DNA of 64,000 bases from an uncultured Phycisphaerales bacterium (GCA_963792535.1 CAWBWQ010000001.1:128001-192000), one strand, 5' to 3'; numbered from the stretch's first letter, positions 43,775 to 56,555 are shown. Notes: generated from the sequence alone by a model not told the origin. Numbers and translations are program-made.

Positions 43775-44047
43775 TTTGCGTCCCCTTTGATTCCCCCATT
43801 TAACATTTTATTGAGCGCTCCGCTTCATTTTCTCCGTGTCGCACTGATCCACTATCCAAATCCAGTGATTGCCAACACGGCGATTTTTGCTGCAACCCAA
43901 AGCTGACGCGATCAATCCGTTTTAAGTCGGTTAGCAAGACCAATGGATCGTTCTTCGATTTTTTCCAGCGGATGGCTGGGGCCCCGGCGGCATTAAAATT
44001 ACAAAGAATTCCTCCATCCGCTATCCTCATCCCTTCAGGAGTTACAC

Positions 44048-44386
44048 ATGCAGCGAATTTATGGTGTGCGCGATTCAACAGAAGCCGAGTTCGTGCGCGG
44101 ATTGCTCGAGGCTGAAGAGATCCCGGCGATCGTGCAGGGAAACGCTCTAGAGGGCGCTCGCGGAGATATTCCTTTTACCGAAGGCGCGATGCCATCGGTC
44201 TGGGTGAACGAGGCCGATCTTGAGCGGGCGACACTGGTGGTCGAAGAGTTCCGCCGCGGTGGGCCGGGCGGCAGCATGCTGCAGACCGCCTGGACCTGCC
44301 ACCGTTGCGGTGAAACACTCGAAGGCCAGTTCACCACCTGCTGGAACTGCGGTGCCGAAAAACCGTTGCCGGTCACCAGCCTGTGA
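44048..44386 (+). CDS. DUF2007 protein with C-terminal zinc finger
   Basis: EAEFVRGLLEAEEI; W.C..CGE..E.QF..CWNCG. Confidence 0.85.
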   Translation: MQRIYGVRDSTEAEFVRGLLEAEEIPAIVQGNALEGARGDIPFTEGAMPSVWVNEADLERATLVVEEFRRGGPGGSMLQTAWTCHRCGETLEGQFTTCWNCGAEKPLPVTSL

Positions 44387-44416
44387 AAGTGTGACCGTGG
44401 TCCTGGAGCATGTTAG

Positions 44417-46584
44417 ATGTCTGTAACTGTGGATCGACAACCCCTATCAACCGCCGGGCCGACAACAATCGCGATGCGATTTTTCGCACGCCTCTGGATG
44501 GGTTGGTTTCTGTTCACCGCCGTGGAAATTGTCTGGATCTGTTATCTGCAGCATTCAGACAGCCGGTTCCGACCTGATCCAGCTGAAACCGGAATTTCTT
44601 CCCCCTATCGCGACGCACAGTGGATTTCCTTCGAAGTCGCGGCCGCAGCTTTGTGGGTGGCGGTCTTTGGAATAATGACAGCGGCGCTCCTTGCACTGAC
44701 GCGTCTTTGCAGGTTACCCAAGCGCGCAGCTTCGCGCTTTCTCATCGCGACAAAAATTCTGGTTCTCTGGACCTTCCTCGTCCTGGTGGTACTCAGTTGG
44801 GGCGCGTTCATAACCAACGGCACGTTTCTGGACCGCGACTCGATTTATTTTTCATTTCAGTTAACCCATCCTTTCCGCATGCTTTTCTGGACCAGTCCCG
44901 TGGTGGTTTCACTGTTGCCGTTTGTCGCATTGCTGATCGTCGTTGGCGGGGGATGGATCATTCGAAGAATCGAGCGACGGATCGGAAAGCGCTGGACAAA
45001 AATCCTCGCGACCACAGGGTTTCCCCTAGCGATGGGTCTGTTTTTATTCAGCACCGGCTCAGATTCGGCTGCGCGACAACCGCCTTCAGCAGGAGGTGGT
45101 AATGAATTACTTGGCGCAGCACATGTGAGTTCTGAAACCCTCTGGAGATATCGGCGATACAGGCTGGGCCCTTGCTCGACCGCGCTGTTGGACATTCTCG
45201 ATCTCGGCGCGATCCCGGATGTGATTCCACCGGAAGACAAATCCATCGCGCTTGACTATCGGCCTCGAATTTCGATGGACGATTACTTTCAGCATGTGAA
45301 CGTGCCGGCCGTGCATCGGTGGAATGTCGTCCTTGTCGAAGTCGAATCGATGCGTGCTGATTCCCTGCGCGCGAAGGCGCGACGCGCGACATCATGCCGA
45401 TGACCGATTCGCTCGCGGCTCAGTCGCTGCTGTTCGATCACGCTTACACCCAGGCGACCCATTCGAATTATGCCGTGGGCTGCCCGCCTTCGTCGCAGTA
45501 TCCCCTGCGCGCGACCCAGCCTTACGCGTATGCAGCTGATCCGCCTTATCCGCGCGTGATGATCTACGATATTTTAAAACACCTCGGCTACGGCGTCGGC
45601 CTGTTTTCCAGTGGAAATGAACATTGGTTTGGGATGAATAATTTTCTCCAAACGCCCAGCGTCGATGCCTATCAGGACGCAGAGACCTGGACAGGTCCGA
45701 CGCAGATCTTTGCCTGGGACATAGGCTTTGCCCAATGGGCGAAAAAAACCAAACATCATGGCGTGATGGACGATCGCTTTACCGTGCAGTCCGCGATGGA
45801 CTGGATCGATCAGCAATCACACCCATTTTTTGTTTATCTGAATTTCCAGGCCAGCCATTTCCCCTACATGGTTCCCGATACGTATCCCCGGCGTTTCAGT
45901 TCTGCCGCCGCCCCGGATTTTGCGATGAACTTTGCGGGTTATCCGCGTGACAAAATTGAAGTCGTTCGAGGCATGTATGACGACAGCCTCGGTTATGTCG
46001 ATTCCCAGCTGGCACGGCTCTGCCAGCACCTGAAAGACCGCGGACAATGGGACAATACCATCCTGATCCTCACCGGCGATCACGGGCAGGCGTTTTACGA
46101 ACACGGCTTTCCAGCTCACGCAAACATGCTTTTTAACGAACTGGTCTGCGTCCCTCTGTTTATGCGTGTGCCCGGCGCAGCGCCGAAGGTAGACCACGAC
46201 CCGGTGCAGCATGTCGACATCGCCCCGATGCTGCTGCATCTTATGGGCCTTCCTCCGCATCCGGGTGAGCAGGGCTGCGACGAGCTCGATCCCCATCGTT
46301 CGGCACATCACGCGATTTACATCATGGTTCAAACCCCACTGGCCGAGCAGTTTGCGATTGTACAGGACGGATACAAGCTAATTTTCGGCAGAAGAGAAAA
46401 CGCCTACGCGCTTTACAATGAAAACGAGGATACCGGCGAGCTGGTGAACGTGATCCGCTCCCAGCCCGACCGGGCCCTGCGCTTAAAAAGCCGCCTTGAC
46501 GCCTGGCGGTCGGCGCAGCTCCGGTTCTACATCAATGGTAATTTTCAGAAAGTATTCTTTGCGCCGGTGCTGCCGGATCCGTGA
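44417..46584 (+). CDS. Membrane-anchored sulfatase/LTA-synthase-like protein, frameshift near 45370
   Basis: N-terminal TMs; NVVLVEVESMRAD, SHFPY, YDDSL.YVD, TGDHG, VDIAP. Confidence 0.85.
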
Positions 46585-46731
46585 TGCGGGGGAAGCTGGT
46601 GGCTGCAAATCGTTAAATGATTTTGCCCTGCGGGGTGGCATGTCGCCGGTCGGATATGCTAGAAGCGAGGGAAGCGAGCCGCTATACTTTGCGTTGATTC
46701 GCTTTAGTACGTTTGGAAACAGGAGCTTGCG

Positions 46732-48136
46732 ATGTCCGGAATGACGATGACGGAGAAAATCTTGGCCAGGCACTCGGGTAAAAGCCGGGTTGAGGCCGGA
46801 GACAATGTCTGGGTAAATGTTGATGTTCTGATGACGCACGACGTGTGCGGGCCGGGCACCATCGGCATATTCCACGATAAATTCGGGCGAAACGCGAAGG
46901 TGTGGGACAAGGATCGGGTGGTCATCATCCCGGATCACTACATCTTCACCGCGGATGATAAATGTCATCGCAATATCCAGACGCTGCGGGATTTCGTGAC
47001 CGAACAGGGTCTGAAATATTATTACGATCCGGAATTTGTGACCTTAAGTCCGGGGATGCCGAGTCCGTACCGGGATCCAAACAAGACGAATTACAAGGGC
47101 GTTTGTCACAAAGCGCTGCCGGAAGAAGGGCACATTCGCCCCGGTGAGATTCTGCTGGGGACCGACAGCCATACGTGTACGGCAGGCGCATTCGGGCAGT
47201 TTGCCACTGGAGTTGGAAACACCGATGCAGCTTTTGTGCTCGGCACCGGCAAGACCTGGTTGAAGGTTCCGCCGACGATGAAGTTCAGCTTCCACGGGGA
47301 AATCCCCGCGTATCTGACAGCAAAAGACCTGATCCTGGCCGTCATCGGTGAGATCGGCGTGGACGGCGCAACCTATCGGTCGATGTATTTCACCGGAACG
47401 GGCATCAGCAGCTTGACGCTGGAAGACCGGATGACGCTGACCAACATGGCAATTGAAGCCGGTGGCAAAAACGGCATCTGCGATGTGGATGAAAAAACGC
47501 TCGCATACGTGCGGGCGCAGCAATCGTCCGGAATGGGAGGTGGTGAGCGAGGATGAGAATGCCACCTATCACTTTGAAGCCGAGTGGGATTTGAAGGCGA
47601 TGGAACCGCTGGTCGCCAAGCCACATAGTCCGGACAATCGAGACACCGCTTTTAACTGCCGCGATGTGAAGCTGGATCAGGCGTACATCGGCTCGTGCAC
47701 GGGTGGGAAGATCACCGACATGATTTTTGCCGCCAACCTGCTCAAGGGCCACAACGTGAAGATTCCGACCAAGGTGGTGCCGGGCAGCACCGAAGTACAC
47801 TCGGACATGAAGCGCCTGAACCTGCGTGGAGCCGAGCGACAGGGAAACGAAAAGAGCATTGAGGACGTGCTGCTGGACGCGGGCTGCGAGGTATTCGCCA
47901 GCGGTTGCGGCGCCTGCCTGGGTGGTCCGCCTGACACCTTCGGTCGATTGATGAAAAGCGAAGTGTGCATCAGCACCACCAATCGCAATTTTCCCGGTCG
48001 CATGGGATCGACGAAGTCGTCGGTTTACTTAGCGTCGCCTTTAACCGTCGCTGCGAGTGCATTGACCGGGTACGTGACCGATCCTCGCGATTATGTATCC
48101 ACGCGGATCGAAACGGGAATGGCGGGGGTCATGTAA
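46732..48136 (+). CDS. leuC: 3-isopropylmalate dehydratase/homoaconitase large subunit, frameshift near 47520
   Basis: MTEKILA, DSHTCTAGAFG, IGSCTGG, CGACLGG, STTNRNFPGRMG. Confidence 0.88.
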
Positions 48137-48203
48137 GGTCTGCCGGTGCTTGTGATCCTTTTTGCGAGGCTGCTGAGCGAGGATCACAAACCGGCTGCGG
48201 TTG

Positions 48204-48306
48204 GCAGGGCAGAATCATTTGACGCGTGCTGGGCCGGTTCTTTGTAGCTGCGACGCCGGCGTCGCAGCTACAAATCGTCAAATGATTTTGCCCGGCAGGG
48301 GCTGGC
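48204..48306. repeat. Nested palindromic element (GTAG-type REP-like)
   Basis: Perfect 34-bp palindrome 48241..48274 inside inverted GGGCAGAATCATTTGACG / CGTCAAATGATTTTGCCC; related copy at 46602..46639. Confidence 0.75.
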
Positions 48307-48392
48307 GTTTCCATCCTCCTGATTTGACACCCGCAAATGGCTCCGCGACAATCCTTAATAGATCGTCAGACCGTTTAGAGGAGATGGATTTC

Positions 48393-50074
48393 ATGGCCCA
48401 TTCGGCCTTTTTTTCTTGTGCATCTTCACGCCTGGGTCGCGCCTGTGCCGTTGGTTTTGCAGCGGCAAGCCTGCTGCTGAGCGGTTGCGACAACGCCACC
48501 AGCAAAGCGGACAAAGAAGTGACGCGTCAACTGAATGACGCGGTAGATCTTTCCAGCGGAACTGAATCCGATCGTCTGACCGCGCATCAGCAACTCGATA
48601 CGGCTTCGCGTGACACCACGGCCTCGCTGCCGGTGCGCCTTTGCGCGAAGGTATTGCTGGCCGACAGCGAACTGCACACCGCCCAGGATCTCGCAGCCCA
48701 GGTTCAGAATAACGACGTGTTGATTGACAGCCTTATTCGAGAAATGGATTTGTTGGCCGGCGAGATCGACAATAACAATGTTCACGTTGCCGCCTTGCAG
48801 AAATACGAGCCCACCGCGCTGCAAACCGAAGTTGCGCAGAAGCAGACCGATATAAAAGGCTCCGATGATAAGCCGGATTGGGTAAAGTCCGGCGATGTCG
48901 CGCTGCCGTCATTGAGCGCGTAACGACAAACAGGCCAGTGCGCTTCAGACTCAGATTTCGCAGTTGCAGGACATCATTAAAGGTGAAACCGATCAGCGCA
49001 ATCAGTTGCTCGAGCAAGGCGACACGTTAAATCAACAGTCGTATCACGAGCAGAAGGGCAAGTCGGTCGACCTGTTTATTCAGGCCGCTGACGCGCGTAA
49101 AAAGGCGGCGGACCTCACGGTCAAACTGGACCAGGACAACCTTACGCTTTCGCGGGCCCAGGCGGATCTGTCGGTTCGCCAGGGTCAGCATGAATCGCTG
49201 ACGACAGCGGTGAAAAGTTTTGATAATCGCTCTACGCTGATCGGGCAGGACTGGACCGGAGTGCAGGCGAAAATCGCGGAATACAATGCCGACTCGAAAA
49301 AAATCATGGGGGATGACCCCGTAAACCCGCCGGTGCGGAGTTCCAAGACCCGCGACCTAAACACCGAACTGACAATCGGTTCCAAGGCGGCGGCCATCAA
49401 GGCACTGGCGGAAAAAAACCACGAGCTGCGCGGCCTGGCTGAAACACATTTCAACTCCGCCAGCGGATTTTATAAGGATGCCGAGGAACTGGCGCAGAGC
49501 CTCCAGGCGGCTTTGAGCGAGAAGTTGAACAAGCAATCGGATCCTTCGCAAAGTCCGGACGGACAGGCATTCAACGATGAAAAAACCTCGCTGGAGCTGG
49601 CAAATTACCGCTATTTCCACGCGGTTGCCGCGCTGCAGAAAGCCGAGTTTTATGCCCGGGGCGCAGCCGAATCCAAATCCCGGCTGGATCTCATCGATCG
49701 GCTGAAACCGATTGTGGCCGCCGCCGGCTTGAACATGCCCCCGACGCTGGATGACAGCGACAGCGCGATAGCATCGCAGTTAAAAACCACGCAGTCATCG
49801 GCGCGATGCGTTCTCGAACGCGTCTGACTTGTTCACCCAGATCTCCGAGGGCACCACCGCCAGCGTCGAGCAGCGCAACAGCGCTAAGGTGCAGCAGATC
49901 TTTACCCAGTACGGGGCATGGGCACTGGAACTTTCCGCGGGTGATGCGTTGAAAGCCGCCGACCATATGAAGTCGGCGCGTGACGCGGTGAGTGCCGCCC
50001 AGGCCGAAACGATCAGCCTGCCGCCGCTGCCGCCGGATCTGGCAATGGCAGGGCCGACCGCGCCGGGTAGGTAG
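48393..50074 (+). CDS. Hypothetical coiled-coil lipoprotein, frameshifted
   Basis: Lipobox LSGC; helical; three consecutive ORFs. Confidence 0.65.
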
Positions 50075-50181
50075 GTTCAAGTCTGTCGATGTCCCCGCGA
50101 TTGATGCCGAATGCCCAGCCCGGGGTGGATGGGTGCGGTTCACCGTCGAGTGGCCGGGGTCGTGTCTGTTCTGGAGAAAAA

Positions 50182-51137
50182 ATGGCGAAGGTCAGAAAAG
50201 CTGTTATCACCGCAGCGGGTCGGGGCACCCGTCAATATCCGGCAAGCACCGCGGTGCAAAAGGAAATGTTCCCGATGGTGGATCGGGACGGGCTGACCAA
50301 ACCGATCATTCAGATCATCGGGGAAGAAGCCATCGACAGCGGGATTGAGGAAATCTGCATCATCACCCAGCCCGGCGAAGAAGGACAATATCGCGATTAC
50401 TTCAAACGGCTGGACAGCGATATGGTCAAGGCGTTCCGAGGCAAGGACTGGGCCATCCTCGAAAGCGAAAAGCTCGGTGCATTCGGTGAGCGCCTTCAAT
50501 TTGCCGAGCAGAAATCCCCCGAAGGTTTCGGACACGCGGTTTATCAGGCGAAGGCTTTCGTCGGTGATGAACCGTTCCTGCTTCTTCTGGGCGATCATAT
50601 CTATGTCAGCGACATCAAGGACCGCTGTGCCCGGCAATTGATTAGAGTTTACGAGCAGTACATGCTCGATGCCGTGACCGGTGTTCAACCCACGATCGAG
50701 CGCCTGCTGCATCTGTTTGGTGTTTTGCGCGGCGAGCCCATCGATGCCGCGCGGGGGATTTATAAAGCCGATCTCATCATTGAAAAGCCAAGCGTTGAGG
50801 TCGCTCGCGCGAGCTGGCGACGAGCGGTCTGCCGGCGGGAAATTACCTGGCGCACTTTGGCATGCATGTGTTCAGTCCACGCATTTTTGACTCGCTGGAA
50901 TACCTGATTAAAAACGACATCCGCGAGAAAAAAGAAATTCAACTCACTGCCGCCCAGGAACATCTTCGCCAGAACAGCGACAAATACTGGGCCGTCGTAA
51001 CCCAAGGGCAGCGTTACGACACCGGCATCCCTTACGGTCTGATGGAAACGCAGCTGGCTCTTGCATTGAACGGCGTTCATCGCACGGAGATTTGCGAAGC
51101 CATCGCGCGCATTCTCGCGATGCAGGTAAAAAATTAA
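50182..51137 (+). CDS. galU: UTP--glucose-1-phosphate uridylyltransferase, frameshift near 50810
   Basis: KAVITAAGRGTR.YP....QKEMFP, GFGHAV, LLLGD, IEKP, EIQLT. Confidence 0.85.
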
Positions 51138-51387
51138 GTGCATTCCGCCAAATATTTCGCCTAAAAGTGATGCCGCGCTACGCAGGAATTGGACGAAGAC
51201 ATCGGCGCATCCCTTGCACGCCGGCAGCGTGGAAAGGGGGCGGGGGCAGAGTCATGCTCATCTCCACAGCACCCACAGCTTTAATGCAGTCATACCAATC
51301 AACGGCACGCTCATTGCTCAACCTGGAATGCATAGTTTACCAGGTGGTAAACGATATTTTTAAACCTGCATTTAACCGAGGTGTGCC

Positions 51388-51922
51388 ATGGGACTGTTTA
51401 GCACTAACACTTTTAATTCGCTCAGCGATCTTCTGATTGAGCAGCTACAGGATTTGTACGATGCCGAGAATCGGTTGACCGAGGCATTGCCAAAAATGCG
51501 TGATGCTGCCAGTTCACCGGATCTGAAAAATGCATTCGACATGCATCTGGAAGAGACCCGCGGGCATGTACGCCGCCTGGAGAACGTATTCACCCAGCTG
51601 GGAATGGCCGCCGAGCCAAACCTGTCCGGCGATGAAAGGCTTGATCAAGGAAGGCCAGGAAATGATCGATGCCGAAGGCGATCCGATGGTGAAAGACGCA
51701 GCACTGATCGCAGCAGCCCAGCGTGTGGAGCATTACGAGATGGCCGGTTACGGGTCGGTGCGTTCGTTCGCGCGTCGGCTGGGTCTGTCGGCGATTGCCG
51801 ATGTGTTGCAGATGACGCTGGATGAAGAAGGAAATGCCGACAGAAAATTGACACAATTGAGCGACACCACCTCGCCGGTGGGAGCATCAATGCCTTCAAG
51901 CCAGACAGCGATTCATGCCTGA
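51388..51922 (+). CDS. yciF: YciF/DUF892 ferritin-like protein, frameshift near 51615
   Basis: LQDLYDAE..L..ALP.M, HLEET..H..RLE, AAQRVEHYE.A.YG. Confidence 0.88.
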
Positions 51923-52026
51923 AGCCGGCAACGCGCGTTAGCCAGGACGCGGGAATTGGATCGGAAAATTGGTCTGCGTTTTATTCCTGTGCGGCAGGGC
52001 CGTCGATCCACCCTGCCGCATTTGTT

Positions 52027-54976
52027 TTACACAAGTATTTGCGCAATCAATTCAACAGGGTGCAACGCATCGCGGGCGCTCGCATCCTTGATTTGATGGC
52101 GGCAGGATGTGCCGGGCGCGATCACCATCGCAGATGAAGTGCCTGCGCGGATAGGTGGGAAGACAGACAGCTCTCCGATTGCCATCGACAAATCGTAATG
52201 TTCTGACCGGTATCCGAAAGAACCAGCCATTCCGCAGCAGCCGGAGGGGAGCATTATAAAACGATTTTCACACAAACGACGCAGCAGCGATTCGGTTGTG
52301 TCGGTACCCCACAAGGCTTTTTGATGGCAATGCCCGTGATAAATCACGTCCTGTGAAACGGGGCGAACGACCGGAGCAACCGGGTGGATGGGCCATCGCT
52401 GCTCGATGAAATCTTCAAACAGCATCGCTTTTTCGGCCAGCCGAGTTCGCGTGGCGCCGTCGGTCTTAAGCCTGAGCTTCAACCAGTCATCTTTAATTGC
52501 ACTGAGGCATGATGGTTCCAGAACGATGATGGCAATAACCTCAGGATCATCGATCGCGCTTTGAAGAGCGGCAATAGTGCGGTCGGCAGTATCGATCGCC
52601 TGTTGCAGCAGTCCGAGAGAAATCATCGGTCTGCCGCAACAACCACCCGCGGGAAGCTCTACCCGATAGCCCAGCTTTTCCAGCACGGAAGTAGCTGCCT
52701 TCCCAATATGTGGCTCGTTATAGGTGACGAAACAATCCGCCCATAAAGCAACTCGCGGGCCCGTTGATGTTTTTACCTCCCGCGTTCGAAACCATCGATG
52801 CAGCGACGGCGCAAATGGCGGAAGGCGTCGCAGGGGTGAAAGGCCCATCATCTTTCCAATCACTTTTCGCACCCAGGCGATACGCGTGACTGCATTGGCC
52901 AGTTGCGGCGACATCGAGCCGATTCGATTGAGCAGGCGGACATTGCCAAAGACCTTGTCCTTGAACGGCGCGCCTACTTCGCGATAGCGCTGCGCGTAGT
53001 ATTCACTTTTTAACTGCGCGACATCCACGCTGCTGGGGCATTCGGTTTTGCAGGCTTTACAGCTGAGGCACAAATCCAGTGTTTCGATTACCGCCGGATC
53101 ATTCCACCGCGAAGCGGTCTGCCCGGTGACGGCCAGTCGCACAGCATTCGCGCGCCCGCGCGTGCTGTGCCTTTCATCAAGGGTCGCGCGGTACGACGGG
53201 CACATTGTTCCCCCGGCGGTTTTGCGGCAAAAGCCTGCGCCGTTACACAACTCTACCGCCTCGGCAAAACCATCGGGGTATTCATAAAAAGTATCAACAG
53301 AGTCCGCCGGCGTGGATTGCGCGTCGACCCGGAGATGGTCCGTCATGCTCTGCACAGGGCCGGCATTGACAATAATCCCTGGGTTAAAAATTCCCGCAGG
53401 GTCGAAGATGGTTTTGATCTGCTTAAACGCCGCTGCGATCTGCGGCCCGTAAAACTCCCCAAGCAGAGGACCACGCACTCGACCGTCGCCGTGTTCACCG
53501 CTCATGACACCGCCGCTTTGCCTGGCGAGATGGGCAACTTCGACGGCGATGTCGCGCATTTTCTTTCGGCCACTTTCATCGTGCAGGTCGATCATCGGAC
53601 GCACATGCAGAACACCTACAGAAGCGTGTGCATAGAACGCAGCTTCGGTGCCGTGGTGGTGTACGATTTCCTTGAAGCTGTCGATGAACGGGTCGAAGAT
53701 TTTCGACCGGCACTGAGTTATCTTCGACGAACGTGACCGGTTTGGCCTTGCCCGGCAAGCCGTGAAGAAGTGCCTCGCTAGATTTGCGAAGCGTCCACGC
53801 GCGGGTCATCGCGGGGATGTCTGTGAAGGTGGCCAGCGGTGCGCCGGGAACCACAGCTGTCAAAGCCGCCAGCAGATCGTTCAATTGTTCGCCGGGCTGC
53901 TCTGTCTGGTATTCAACATACAGCACCGCGCGGGGCGTTTTACCATCCACGCGCGGAAGCATTTCCAGATAAGGCCGACATCCCGCATTTCCCGCCGCGG
54001 CGCGAAGCACCGCTTCATCCAATAGCTCAACCGCGCTCGGCTTGGTGTCTAGAATTTTTGGAACGACGTCGATTGCGGATTCGATATCCGGGAAGCAGAC
54101 AACCGCAAGCCCGCGCTGCAGCGGCAACGGGTGAAGCTTTAATTCCGCCGCGGTGACGACCGCGAGCGTCCCTTCACTGCCGCAGATCAGCCCTGAGAGA
54201 TCCAGATCTTCATCGCTTATTCCGCGGTCGAGTTGGTCGAGAATAAGATCCAATCCGTATCCGGCATTTCGTCGAACCAGTCTTGGAAAGCGGCGGCGGA
54301 TTTCATCCCGGGATGGCCGCACGACGGCGGCAACCTCAGACGCCAGCCGCAGCGCAGCGGGAGACTGCCGCCCCGCGCCGGCGCCCAACCAGATCCGGTC
54401 ACCGGAACTTAAAACCACTTCAACCCTGAGCAGATTTTCGCTGGTTCGACCGTAGCGGATAGACCGAGCACCGGCGGCATTGTTCCCGATGCATCCGCCA
54501 ATCGTTGCCTGTGCGACGGTAGCGGGATCAGGCGCGAAAAAAAGCCTAGTGCTGCGTTCCAGAAGCTGGCGGTTGAGTTCATCAATCGTAATGCCCGGCT
54601 CCACCCGGCACGTGCGAGCGGCGATGTCAACTTCAATGAGATGTCGACATGAAGGAGAAAGATCGACCACCACGGCGTGATTGGTGCATTGCCCCGCCAG
54701 GCTTGTGCCTCCACCGCGGGGCAATATCGCCAGCTTTTTAGCGGCGCAGTAGTTCACAATGTCGACAATGCATTCGATGCTGCGCGGGATCACCACGCCC
54801 ATTGGCCGCACCTGGTAAAGCGAGGCATCGGTGGAATAAAGCATCTGGTTGTGCGGATCGAAACGAACTTCACCGACGTTCAAACGGCGCAGATCCTCTG
54901 CGATCAGCTCGGCGTTTGGCGAGGAGAATTCATCGGGTAAGCGGGGTATGACGGGCAGTGAAAAATGCTTGTGCAC
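52027..54976 (-). CDS. FAD-binding and Fe-S oxidoreductase (YdiJ-like), frameshift near 53700
   Basis: PRGGGTSLAGQ, GSEGTL, SGEHGDG, CLSCKACKTECP, CCGMAGSFG. Confidence 0.92.
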
Positions 54977-55161
54977 GGGTGTCAGTTCTACTCCAGGGGA
55001 GCGTGTATTGCGTGGAATTTTCAGCGCCGAGCGTCGAATCGTGTTAAAAATCCCGAGAAAAACCGCATTTTTTAGTCCAAGGGCTTGCCAAATGCCTTGA
55101 AACAAGCCACATTGTGATCGTCACGGACGGTACACAAACACAAGTAAGGACAGAACACATT

Positions 55162-55479
55162 ATGGCAACCGCCGCTAAACCCGCCACGAAGAGTGAAATT
55201 GTTACGAGTATTTCTGAGTCAACCGAACTGTCGCGCAAGCAGGTGCTGTCGGTATTCGACGCACTGAGCGAACAGATCAAATTTGCCGTAGGCAAAAAAG
55301 GTCCCGGTGTTTTTGCAGTTCCGGGACTGATGAAAGTGATCGTAGTGCAGAAGCCGGCCGTTAAGGCCCGCAAGGGAATCAACCCGTTCACCAAGCAGGA
55401 ACAGATGTTCAAGGCCAAGCCTGCCCGCAAGATCATCAAGGTTCGCCCGCTGAAGGCATTGAAAGATTTCGCGAAGTAA
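55162..55479 (+). CDS. HU-family DNA-binding protein
   Basis: TKSEIV..I, ARKGINPFT, K.RPLKALKD. Confidence 0.92.
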   Translation: MATAAKPATKSEIVTSISESTELSRKQVLSVFDALSEQIKFAVGKKGPGVFAVPGLMKVIVVQKPAVKARKGINPFTKQEQMFKAKPARKIIKVRPLKALKDFAK

Positions 55480-55520
55480 TTCTCCGCTCCACGCCGCTGA
55501 ACTCATCACCGTAAGTGACA

Positions 55521-55554
55521 GCACCCCCGGATTGTCCGGGGGTGTTTTTGTTTT
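55521..55554 (+). terminator. Intrinsic terminator
   Basis: CACCCCCGGA-TTG-TCCGGGGGTG followed by T run. Confidence 0.8.
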
Positions 55555-55722
55555 ATCGCAAATGCATAAGCGGTTGGGTTTTGCGAAGTGGGGCGGGCGC
55601 TTCAAGACCCGGCCAGATGGTATTTGTCTTAATCCTGGGATGTGGAAGATTTCATCAGTTGCCGGATTGGGCGCTGTGATCTATTTAGCAGAGATCGAAA
55701 CGAAAAACCAAAGGAGACATCC

Positions 55723-56028
55723 ATGGTCAAGTTCGCACTTTATGCTCATCTTAAAGCCAAGCCGGGTAAATCTGCCGATGTAGAGGCGCTGCTGAAATCG
55801 GCTCTTCCCATGGCTGAGTCAGAACCGGGCACGATTACCTGGTATGCGTTTGCCGAAGACGATCAGTCTTTTGGGATCTTCGACACGTTTGAAACCGAAG
55901 CGGGGCGTCAGGCGCATCTTGATGGACCGATCGCCAAGGCGCTGATGTCCAAGGCGGACGAATTGCTGGCGCAGCCGCCCGCGATACACAAAATTCGCGT
56001 GATCGCCGCCAAGGCAGCGGCAAAGTAA
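55723..56028 (+). CDS. Antibiotic biosynthesis monooxygenase (ABM) family protein
   Basis: L.AKPGK, EPGT..W.A, FGIFDTF..E.GR.AHL.G; AAGGAG RBS. Confidence 0.88.
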   Translation: MVKFALYAHLKAKPGKSADVEALLKSALPMAESEPGTITWYAFAEDDQSFGIFDTFETEAGRQAHLDGPIAKALMSKADELLAQPPAIHKIRVIAAKAAAK

Positions 56029-56090
56029 TTCACGGAAAATGCCGATTGGCTGTTCCCAGATCGCAGCGCCGATTCGCGCTGCTTGGAGGA

Positions 56091-56555
56091 TCACTCAAGG
56101 TTGTCTGAGTCCTCAAGTTCTGTTGATCCCTCATCCCGCGTGTCGTCCGGCGCGGCAAAATCCACATCGTCGCAGCGAATTTCACGACTGCATTCGGGAC
56201 ACCGCGAGGCGAGATCAGTATTGGTCTGCACCCATCGCTGCGGATTGGCCCGCAGGTCATAACCGCAGGGACAAAAGTGGGGCAGCTCCACCTTTCGGGC
56301 AAATTCCGGCGGGGCGGGAGATAGCTGCGCGATCGGGATGGATTCGAAATAGTCTTCCACGGCATTTTTCTTCCAGGCAACCTGGTAGAGCAGATTCATC
56401 CCAGCGAAAACGATGACGATGATCAACTCGAAAATGCCCCGCAAGGCACGGAGACTGAATTCAGGACTGTGGGGATTCATACCCAGGGCAAGGCCCGCGC
56501 AAAACAAGATGACGGTAAGCGCAAGGACGATTACGGGTTGTTTGAAAGTGCCCAT
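56091..56555 (-). CDS. Membrane protein with CGYDLR..RCPEC zinc ribbon
   Basis: Two TMs; CPCGYDLRA...RCPEC. Confidence 0.7.
   Translation of the reverse strand: MGTFKQPVIVLALTVILFCAGLALGMNPHSPEFSLRALRGIFELIIVIVFAGMNLLYQVAWKKNAVEDYFESIPIAQLSPAPPEFARKVELPHFCPCGYDLRANPQRWVQTNTDLASRCPECSREIRCDDVDFAAPDDTRDEGSTELEDSDNLE

Noticed and set aside
29559..43797. Classical integron
   Set aside because: No tyrosine-recombinase integrase and no convincing RYYYAAC...GTTRRRY attC sites seen
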